Source of the DNA: Psammoneis japonica
Taxonomy: Eukaryota
Assembly: GCA_008632985.1 (NCBI GenBank)
Contig: QPGO01000391.1
Coordinates: forward strand, 1-34,127
Direction of reading: 5' to 3'
Length of the DNA: 34,127 nt
The notes under the pieces are model-generated. The model worked only from the letters and a program-made list of their open reading frames with translations, did no database searches and had not been told where the DNA came from. Below, piece after piece: positions 22,288 through 32,100 of this stretch. Each line of letters opens with the position of its first letter. Positions within the stretch are counted from its first letter, which is position 1. Position numbers and translations under genes: made by a program.

Positions 22288-23709
22288 TCAGCTGCGTCGC
22301 TGACGCTCCTGGCGTCCCCCAAATGCGTCTCCGGCATTGTTGCCGCCTTGACCGCCAGTTCCTGTGCCAACGTTTCCGGAATCGGTGCCGGCAGTGGTCT
22401 CCAAGGAAGAAACAGTGCGGTTTGCTTGCTCAAGCTGGGACGTCAGCTTCCGATTCTTCTTTTTAAGTGATCTGACGGATGCAGCGCGGCGCTTCGGGTT
22501 ACCCGGCCTCTTCTTGAGTCCCAAACGCACACACTTGTCCATGACCTTCTTCTTGTCTTCCTTGCTCAATTGATGCCAATGTTTGTGAAATCCGGTGTCA
22601 ATGGACCCATCTTCTTTGTAAATGGAATCACCTTCCTCACTGACGCCGGATGCAACAGAGGAAATCGCACGACGGTGCGCAACTGTTTCCGGGAAGGTGG
22701 CAACTTTAGCGGCAAGATGGTTGCACGCTGCAGCAAAACTGGTCCCTCCTCCGAACTCATTCTGCGCCTTCAGGGTCTCTGCTGCGTTCTGCAACTGCTG
22801 GTGTTGCACCTTGTCGAATGGCAATCGCAGCTTCTGAGCCTCCGTCTTGGGTTCATCATTCTCTTCGAAAATGTTGGACATCTCCTGAAGCTTGTTCACG
22901 AACGTTTCGAACGTCATGGAGCGTTCACTCCTGCAGTGCAGAGTGTTTTCCAAACGCTCAGCTTCCGAGATACGACGGGTGGCATTGCCCTCGCCCTGAC
23001 AGTGGTTCTCCAAAGATTCGCAGCAGAGACGACCGTTCTGGCTGTCACGGTGCTCTTTGATCCACTGCTCGCTTGGGGCACCTTTCGTGAACAAAACGAT
23101 TAGCTGGCTGACGGTGCGAGAATCAGCTTCGAAAGCTGGACCCTCGAGTGGAGCGCATGCAACCGACTTCTGCACAAAAGTCTCATGCCCTTCAGGCTCG
23201 GGCTCCTCGTTCTCGCGCATGACACAAATCAACGGAATGCCGTCGACTCCCAGCATCGTGCCAAGCATGTTCTTGAAAGCGGTGCTCCATTTTACCCAGA
23301 CCTTTTCGCTCTCCAAGAGTCCAGGGGATGCCTCACGAGCAATGGACTCGGGTTGATCCCTCATCTGGCTGCAAATGTCGGCCCTTGACAACGCAGTGGA
23401 CAGCGCATCGAGAAAACGCGCCTGATCCAAACCGTCGATGGTGGGATTTTCACTGACGCGTTGGAAGTCATGTGCCCAATGAATGAGGGACTTGAGGCAA
23501 CGGGTGCGAGCCAATCCAAAGTGGAAACGCCTCTCAGCAGCAGTCCTCCTCGAATGAGACTGCGCGAGCGCATCAATGTCCGATTCCTTCACATCGACGA
23601 CATCGTCAAACGCAGCGACATCAGTCACAATCGCGTTGCGCTGAGCAGGCAACTGGAAACCGATCCAAGCAAGGGCCGTTTCCATCGGGTTCGGGGGGTT
23701 TGCCGCCAT
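22288..23709 (-). CDS. gag: Copia-2 gag
   Basis: 473-aa ORF between the PBS and pol, homologous in layout to the Copia-3 gag (G..PL.CV.R, L.G.AF..D, HC.GEG). Confidence 0.88.
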   Translation of the reverse strand: MAANPPNPMETALAWIGFQLPAQRNAIVTDVAAFDDVVDVKESDIDALAQSHSRRTAAERRFHFGLARTRCLKSLIHWAHDFQRVSENPTIDGLDQARFLDALSTALSRADICSQMRDQPESIAREASPGLLESEKVWVKWSTAFKNMLGTMLGVDGIPLICVMRENEEPEPEGHETFVQKSVACAPLEGPAFEADSRTVSQLIVLFTKGAPSEQWIKEHRDSQNGRLCCESLENHCQGEGNATRRISEAERLENTLHCRSERSMTFETFVNKLQEMSNIFEENDEPKTEAQKLRLPFDKVQHQQLQNAAETLKAQNEFGGGTSFAAACNHLAAKVATFPETVAHRRAISSVASGVSEEGDSIYKEDGSIDTGFHKHWHQLSKEDKKKVMDKCVRLGLKKRPGNPKRRAASVRSLKKKNRKLTSQLEQANRTVSSLETTAGTDSGNVGTGTGGQGGNNAGDAFGGRQERQRRS

Positions 23710-24000
23710 GGTGAAACTTGAGTCATTGTGGCATCACAAGACAAAGCAGTTGTGTCAGAAGAAGCACATCAAAACTTTGACGTTCACAAAATCGCGTTGA
23801 CGACACGCGCAGGCCTCAAGAGTGCGGAGACACGGCCTTGTCTCCCACTGCTTTGCACGTGCACTGATGCGAAGGCATCACTCAATGGTGAACACCCTCA
23901 GGTTAGTCGGCATTCGTCGTCAAAACCGCGCCATCGTGACACAACCGTCACAATCACATCATTCATCGTTTTTCATCGCCAAACCGCGGAGTGCGGACTG

Positions 24001-24014
24001 TGGCTCTGATGAAG
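24001..24014 (-). other. Copia-2 primer-binding site, tRNA-iMet 3'-end type lacking TGG
   Basis: CTTCATCAGAGCCA directly after the 5' LTR; compare canonical TGGTATCAGAGCCA. Confidence 0.75.
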
Positions 24015-24238
24015 CAAGTGAGTCCAGCTGCCGAGTGGCTCAGCTGCTCACAGTGCTGGCATGATGACAACCCAATGATCCAAAGATGCTCTCAGGCCTG
24101 TCACAACTGCTCGTAACAAGTGAGCGCCATTGGAGGGAAAAACAACGCTTCCCTCCGATGACACGTCACAACGGTTGACTCAGCACCAGCCGTCACCAAC
24201 AGCACTCTAACTGAATCCGATGCATCGGATTTCTTTCG
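24015..24238 (-). repeat. Copia-2 5' LTR
   Basis: Direct repeat of 17695-17918. Confidence 0.92.
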
Positions 24239-24242
24239 CGAC

Positions 24243-24645
24243 TGGCTGTGTCGTTGCACGAAAATTGATTTTTTGTCATGCACCACATCGACAAAAGTGA
24301 GATGGCAACTCGCTGTCAATGAGGTCACTGCTGACAATGGGCACAACTGCAAGACCACATTTATCGTCCAGATTTGCAGAGTCTTTTGTTTGAGGAAATC
24401 GGTGTGGCACTCACAATGAAAAGTGCGGATTTGCACACATTTTGTTGAGTTGAAAACAACGGCACGTCAACACATCAGTTGTTGTCGCTGTCAACAAGCG
24501 CCACGTCACATGTCATTTGCTTTGCATCCATTCTTTGTTTGTGTGGAAAGTTAGTCACAATGTTGGTCTGTCTAGATTTCAATTTGATGGAGGCAGAATC
24601 ACGTCGTCAGGGACTGCGGGTTGAAGACCCCCATTTTTCAACACC
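24243..24645 (+). repeat. ~400-bp dispersed repeat, copy 1 (its start lies at ~17662-17694, split off by Copia-2)
   Basis: Aligns with 26622-27019. Confidence 0.9.
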
Positions 24646-25959
24646 ACAAACAAAAGAAGAGCACAGCAATGAAAGGTCCATCTGTGCCTCATGTTGATGA
24701 CAGTTTCCATTGCAACTCCATGTCTGCCACCTGGACTTGTGAGATCCTTTGTTTGTGATGGGTGGCACCAAAATTCACGAGGAAAAGTGAGGAGTTGCAC
24801 ACACATCGGTTCGAGAGGTGTGCCTGCTCAAATCCGTTGGCGCTGACAGTTGAAAAAGGCTCTGCTGCACCTGTTGTTCACACTGAGTCTTCTCTTTCTT
24901 AACACAGGAAGTCAATCACAATGTTGGTCCATCCTGATGTAAACTTTGCAGAGGAGCAATCACATTGTCAGGGCCTTTTGGTCGATGGTGATTCTTTGAA
25001 CAAGAACAAGAGCGACAACAACTCCACTCGATTTGGAGGCATCTGTCATGATGGCATCAAAAAAGCAAAAGGATCTCATCATGTGAGTTGTGGACATTTT
25101 ACATTGCTGCAGACAGTCACTTTTGCAATCAATGGAAGACACACAATGAGCACCCGTGGCACCCGGTGGGAGAAACTGGTGCTGAACTGCAGAGTCCTTT
25201 TTTCTGGCTTTTAAATTCAGCAAAGACACATTTGGTTGTGTGTTGGTCTCTGTCACACTGCCTGCAGTCATGTCAGCAACTGATTTGCAATTGAAACATC
25301 CAGCCCCCAATCATTCCTGACCCGTGCTTCCAACTCACTTGCCAGCAGTGGGCTGGGGTTCAGATCTTCCCGTTCTGCAGCTGCATGCTGACACCACCAC
25401 AAATTGCCTCACACAAAAATTCATCAATTGCATTGAAGACTTTGTCAAAAGGCTGCACGCATCAATGGCCAGCTTGGTTTAGAAATGGCTTTGATCACAA
25501 ATGCACATGGGAGACCTGAGCTAGGTTTGGAATCCTGCAACAACTGGAGCAAGTATTTGGAAGAATGCAGACATCTCTTTCAGTTCATCCTTTGTGTGCT
25601 TGATGCCAGAGATTTCTTGGCCATTGTTGTTGGATGGGGCCTTGGAACAGCAAGGAGCAGACCTGGGTGGAAAGGTTTGCAGTTTGTTGCACCCTCTTCC
25701 TTTCACACATTTTCAGTCAAATCCCAGCTGGAGGTGGAGGATGTGGACACATCAGTCACGTCACCACTCAAAAGGGAATGATGCAGATTGGTCCTTGCTT
25801 GTCCAACAAAACACAGATTGAGCCATGCGCTTCTTGGAAGCAGCCATTGCCGCTTTTTTGTTTTCATTGCTCAACCTCTTTGCTTCAGTTGGCCAACCAG
25901 TGTGCTTGATTTTTTTCTTTGGAGGCATTGTGGGCACTTGCATCAATTTTCTGTGCTGA

Positions 25960-26292
25960 AACAAAGAACAGATTTGATGCAAAAAAATGTGAGGTGAGGC
26001 TTGTCAATGACAACAACAACTGATTTGTTGGTGCACCTGCTCTTTCAAGCCAATGAAATGCACTCAAATTCACACTTTTCTTTGTGAGTGCAGTGCCAAT
26101 TTCCTCAAACAAAAGACCCTGCAAGTCTGGATGAGAGATGCAGACTTGCAATCATGTGCATTGCACTCACAGTGGCAGCGCAGATTAAGTGCTGTTGTCT
26201 GTCACATTTGCAAGGTCATGGGTGATGGGAAAAAATCTTTTTCTTCATGTGAATGATGCCGCTGTGCATTTTGACGTTTTGCATGAAGGCCT
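25960..26292 (-). repeat. Diverged inverted copy of the ~400-bp repeat
   Basis: cacttttctttgtgagtg..tttcctcaaacaaaagac matches the reverse complement of ~24380-24425; cattttgacgttttgcatgaaggcctg matches the reverse complement of 17662-17688. Confidence 0.75.
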
Positions 26293-26604
26293 GCAATGGG
26301 GCATCTTCCAATCTTCACCAGTGAGTTGCAAACAAACCCACATCATCCACGCATCTTCCCAACATGAATGAGATTCACAAAAAATCATCATTGGTGGTTG
26401 ACTGCAAACACATTGTTTTTTGTGCAGGACAAATTGACAGCACTGTTGACTCCTCATTGAAAATTTCTGGATCTGCCACAACACACTCACAACAGCTCAA
26501 GGTTGAGAAATGATGCTGACCTTCAAGGTGCTGCAGTCAACATGGATTGCATTCCCATCCTAAATTGTGAAAGTCCAGACAAAAAACAAAAGGAGCCATG
26601 CTTG

Positions 26605-27019
26605 ACATCAAAATGCGTGGCTGGCTGCGTCATCACACAAATTGATTTTTTGTCATGCACCACATCAACAAAAGTGAGATGGCAACTCACTGTCAATGAG
26701 GTTGCTGCTGACAACAGGCACAACTGCAAGACCACATCTGTCGCCCGGATTTGCAGAGTCTTTCGTTTGAGGAAATCGGTGTGGCGCTCACAATGAAAAG
26801 TGTGGATTTGCACACATTTTGTTGACTTGAAAACAATGGCACATCAACACATCGGTTGTTGTCATTGTTGACAAGCTCCACCTCACACGTCATTTGCTTT
26901 GCATCCATTCTTTGTTTGTGTGGAAAGTTGGTCACAATGTTGGTCTGTCCAGATGTCAATTTGGTGGAGGCAGAATCATGTTGTCGGGGACTGTGGGTTG
27001 ATGACCATTTTTTCAACAC
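26605..27019 (+). repeat. ~400-bp dispersed repeat, uninterrupted copy
   Basis: Aligns to 17678-17694 joined to 24243-24645. Confidence 0.9.
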
Positions 27020-27040
27020 AAACAAGCTGCCGCGCACAAG

Positions 27041-27222
27041 CGAGTAAATCTGGGTGGAGCGGTCAGTCCCTGGTCCGGGGCTGATGCGCACGATCTGGTG
27101 GTTTGTTCTTTCCCACAATCTCACACGATCTAATCGACGTGGGGTTCTCTTTGGTTTGTCACTGCCACTCTTGGGCTTGAGGCACTGTCATTGCCCCACG
27201 CGGCTGCATCGGCATTCATTCG
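27041..27222 (+). repeat. Copia-3 5' LTR
   Basis: Direct repeat of 33693-33874. Confidence 0.93.
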
Positions 27223-27236
27223 CTTTGTCAGAGCCA
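27223..27236 (+). other. Copia-3 primer-binding site, tRNA-iMet 3'-end type lacking TGG
   Basis: CTTTGTCAGAGCCA directly after the 5' LTR. Confidence 0.75.
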
Positions 27237-27671
27237 TTGATGAAAAGCTGAACGAAACGGACAAGGAAACAACTCGTTGCAAACGGTTGATTGTTGTGAT
27301 TGTGTGCATGGAACGAGCAGCTGTAGAAAATGTGCTGATTCGCATGCGCAGCGTCGAAAGGGGGTTGTCGCGTGCAGCGTGTGCTCTGCATCGCGTGTGA
27401 CGACCAAAGGAAACAGCTTGCAACGGAAAATGCTCGCAAAATGGTCACCATCTCCACATTGTTGATGGGTGTGGAACGACTGCGGCATTGGGCAGTGTGC
27501 CCGAGCGTGTGCTCACGATGGAAACTACACGGGATTGATCACCCCGAAGTCGGTTGGCTGCGTGAACCCGTCATCACGGGCACCGGTCGGTGCAGCCTCC
27601 TGTGCCATGCACACTCACACCAAATTGCGACCCATTGCATGGGTCATTGCCTCCATTTCTCTTGTTGTGGG

Positions 27672-29196
27672 ATGGCAGCGGCACCAGCAGTGGCACTTGC
27701 GGCTTTGGCCGCGGCGGCTGACGCAGACGCGGCATTGCAGGTTTGTGGTGTTGTTGACCAAAACGCTGGGGGCGAGGCTTGTTTTCTATGAAGGGTTTGC
27801 TGCTCTTGAGAATGTTGCTGTCATGGAAACGGACCATGATGTTGAGGATCTAGCCCAAAGGGCGGCTCGTCGTACAGCAGCCGATGGACGCGTGACGCTG
27901 GGGACGATGCAGATTAAGAACTTGCAGGCGTTGGTTTGGTGGTTGAGAGATTTAACGAAATGGAGCCAGCCACTGGTCGCGGCGAATTTTAACATTGCAG
28001 CCATGGCGGCGGCTGGGGACGGCAGGTGCATTGAAAAGGAGTTTGCGGAATCCACTGCAACGGTTGACAGCCTCACCAAATTCAAAGCGGAAGATTTTGA
28101 CGTGTGTGAAGACGCTTTCTTGAACTTGTTGGCGCAGAAGCTTGGTGTGCTTGAGGAGCCGTTGAAATGTGTCGCGAGGAGGATGCCTGCACCGGCGGAG
28201 TTCGCGGACAATCAGGAGGAGCGCATGTGTCAGCTGCCGCTTGCCGGAGACGCGTTTGATGTGGACAATCGTCACGTGCATCGCATGTTAAAAGAGCATT
28301 TGATTGATGCGGCTGGTTGGGCTTGGATTGAACCATGCGACGCAACAGAGAATGGATGCGAAGCATTCTGGGCCTGGGTTGACCATTGCAATGGCGAAGG
28401 CGAATTGAGCAAGCGAGTTCATTTGGCCAAGGCCAACATCGAAACGTCACTCTACAAAAAGGAAGGTGCACTTGCGTTTGAGAAATTCACGGAGAAACTC
28501 ACCAGTGCCTTTGCCACTTTGGACAAGGTTCCAGATGAAAGCATGTCTGCTCGGCAGAAGGTTGAAACATTACAGAAGGGTGTCAAATCGGAGGATGCCC
28601 ATCTTGTGGTGGCTACGGCCGTTGTTGGCAACCAGTGCCCTCGTGACTTTGCGGGGGCGTGTGCTCATTTCTCATCCGAAGTCTCTCGTTTGCATGCAGG
28701 TGCTCAGTTGGAAGCCCGGCGTCACACGAAGCGCAAGATTTCTCAGATCAGCCGAGGTGGCAGTGGTGGCCGAGGTTTCCATCGTGGCGGTCGTGGGCGT
28801 GGCGGCAGATTTGGCCGCAGTGGAGGACGCAGAGGACATCAAGGAAGGGGCGGTGATCGCACAACTGTGATTGACGGAGTCGATGTGTCGGATCCTACGA
28901 GGACATTTGCCGACCAGGAACGGGACAGATTGCGCTTTGACGGAGGTCTCAATTGTGTTTTTCAAGCTCGTGAAAGGATGCACGGACGCGGTGGTCAAGG
29001 AAACCCTGCAGGAAGAGGCGGACGCGACGGAGGCAATGGGCAAGCAGCCGAAGCTCAGGTTCAAGACCATCAAGGTCAAGGGCAGCAAGGTCAAGCGCAA
29101 GGTGAAAACGGTGGCCGTGGTCGCGGAGCTGACCGTGATCGTGGTGGCAGGAATGGGTGCGCTTTCAGTCGAGGGGCCTGTCAAGGTCATGTTTGA
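27672..29196 (+). pseudogene. gag: Copia-3 gag with a probable +1 frameshift in the G-run 27768-27772 and an RGG-rich C-terminus
   Basis: ATG 27672 (MAAAPAV..ALQVCGV) joins ARLVFYEGF.. if one G is removed; ends at TGA 29194-29196. Confidence 0.85.
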
Positions 29197-32100
29197 CTGA
29201 TCGGGGTGGTTTCAACTGCGGGAGCGTTGGCGCATTTGGCACACATGTCATTTGCATTCATGTTGCTCATCATGTTGTCAACCAAACCCCACCCAACATT
29301 TCATTTGCAAGAGAAGGTAACGAAAAGGCGCATTGCTGTGACTTCGAAATGTGTGACAAGGTCAACGACTGCCACCGCGATGACGAACTTAACGACACCC
29401 GGCTTCATGGCGAGGAACGAATGTGACACTCATGCGGGTGCTTGTTGTGCTGGCGCTAACTGGAAACTTGTGGAATTGACGAATGAAGTCTGTGAAGTGC
29501 ACCCGTTTCTAGATTCGTGTGAGCTGGTTAAACAGATTCCTGTGGCGCGTTGTTGCACAGCATGGACGGATCCGGGAACGACTCGCGAGTGCTTGCTGGT
29601 TGGAGACCAAATGCCATGGTTTGGAACTGACATGCAGCATTCATTGTTGAACCCCAATCAGTTGCGAGCATGCAATGTGCCCGTGCACGACAACCCTTGT
29701 GACACTCGAAATGGGTTTGGAGTCGAAGCTGATGAAGCTTTCACACCTTTCAATTCCACGGGGACAATTGTGTCTTTCAAGTCTCGTGTTCCGACGGATT
29801 GGGAGGAGAAGAACTTGCCAGTGACACCGCTAACAGGAGACGCATGGAGTCCAATGGAAGTCGACATGGGTTTGCCACAGCNNNNNNNNNNNNNNNNNNN
29901 NNNNNNNNNNNNNNNNNNNNNNNNNNNNNNNNNNNNNNNNNNNNNNNNNNNNNNNNNNNNNNNNNNNNNNNNNNNNNNNNNNNNNNNNNNNNNNNNNNNN
30001 NNNNNNNNNNNNNNNNNNNNNNNNNNNNNNNNNNNNNNNNNNNNNNNNNNNNNNNNNNNNNNNNNNNNNNNNNNNNNNNNNNNNNNNNNNNNNNNNNNNN
30101 NNNNNNNNNNNNNNNNNNNNNNNNNNNNNNNNNNNNNNNNNNNNNNNNNNNNNNNNNNNNNNNNNNNNNNNNNNNNNNNNNNNNNNNNNNNNNNNNNNNN
30201 NNNNNNNNNNNNNNNNNNNNNNNNNNNNNNNNNNNNNNNNNNNNNNNNGACGGCGACCCAACCAATGTCAAGGAGAGTTAGGGTGGATCACTTGGACCTG
30301 CATCGGAAAAGATTAAAAGGGACATGGTTTGTGGACACGTTAACATCCAAGGTGAAGTCTTTGCTCGGCAACACTTGTGCCAATGTTTGTGCTCAGGGCA
30401 AGTTCGTAAAGGTTGTGCCAATGACCGCAAGGTCGGAGGCAGGTTTGTCTCTCGTTGACTTTACAGACGATGTGGGAGTGCCGGAGCATCTCACATCGGA
30501 TGGTGCTGGAGAGTTCACAGGACGAAGTGCCGAGTTTGTGAAACACGCACGTCGAATGAGGATCCAACTCAGGACAACGGAACAAGGTCGTAAGAATCAG
30601 AATCACGCAGCAGAAAGAGAGATCGGGTTCTTGGCCAAGCGTTGGCGCCTGTGGATGACGAGGAAGAAGGCACCGAAACGATCATGGGATTTTGGTCTAG
30701 TTTGTGAATCGGAACTTGTATCTCATATGGCAAGAAGCCGCGACAAACGGACTGGGTGTGAAGAGGCAACTGGTCAGACACCCGAAACAGGCGAGTGTTT
30801 GGACTTCGGTTTCCATGATCTGGTCTGGTGGTGGGATAGACACGACAAGCCGAATGTAACAGATGACCCGAGGAGGCTTGGACGATGGCTTGGTGCATCT
30901 CACAAGGTCGGATCGGACATGTGTCATTGGATTGTCACGGAATCCGGGAAGATGGTTTCGAAGACTTCGGTCGAGCATGCAACGCAGGCCGACATGGTGC
31001 AGCCAGACATTCGTGTGAAAGTTGACAAGTTTAACAAACAACTGGAGGCACGGTTAGATGACACCAATTTCGTTTTACAAGGCGACGAAGCGGCACCAGC
31101 ATTTGCATTGGATGATTTGGCGATCGACGGCAACCCCGGCGTGGAACATGAAGGCGGTGTGACACCAACCGATGAGGAATGCGGGGACGTGTCATTGCCA
31201 GGAGAACGACCCGAGGACGACGACGAACAGGCAATTGATCAATGTCTTGGAATGGAACTTATGTTTGATGTTGGGACCAACGCTGAATGGTGAGGAGTCG
31301 CAGTCAAGCGGGCACGAGGTCAGGATGGGCAACCGATTGGAACCCGGCATCAGAATCCATTGTTTGACACCCGCGAATGTGAGATTGAACACACAGACGG
31401 CACCAGAGATGAGTGTGCTGCCAATGTGATCGCGGAGAACATGTTTGCTCAAGTTGACAGCGAAGGCAACCAGCACTCCATTTTACAGGAGATGCAGGAT
31501 CACGAAAAGACCGGCGAAGCTGTGCCGATCCAGGAAGGAATGGTTCAGACAGCTGACGGGAACGAACATAAGAAGACAACCACGAAAGGATGGAACCTGT
31601 TGGTCGCATGGAAGGACGGCAGCTCGTCGTGGGTGAAACTCAAGGATCTGAAGGAGTCTGGCCCAATTGAACTTGCTGAGCATGCTGCAGCGAACAGGCC
31701 AACCGAAGAACCGGCGTTTGCTTGGTGGGTCACGCATGTTTTACGCAAGCGGAATCGCATCATCTCGAAGGTTAAGAAGAAACATTGGCGCACTGCCCAC
31801 AAGTTCGGCATGCATTTACCCAAGTCTACGGAAGATGCTTTGAAGATTGACCAGGAAACAGGGACGGACTGTTGGGCTCGCGCAATTAACAAGGAGATGA
31901 ACAAGGTCAAGGCAGCGTGGTGCGAACATGAAGCTGAAACCCCTCAAGTCGTCCGGGAAGGCAAGAGCACAACTTTGCGTGGTTGTCAGGAGATCAGGTG
32001 CCATTTGGCATTCGACGTCAAGATGGATTTCACTGGGAAGGCCAGATTTGTTGCAGGAGGTCATGCTGCAGAAACACCATCATCGATCACACACTCAAGT

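Larger units (their letters stand above)
17695..24238 (-). mobile_element. Ty1/Copia LTR retrotransposon, Copia-2 (CoDi-like, non-canonical termini, contains a gap)
   Basis: 224-bp direct LTRs, TSD CGAC (17691-17694, 24239-24242), gag, and Copia-type RT (YVDD) and RNase H (FVDANHAGD, DNEAV, NLADLFTK). Confidence 0.95.

Noticed and set aside
25480..25930. Possible decayed gene starting MPPKKKIK on the minus strand
   Set aside because: Fragmented frames with no identifiable domain.
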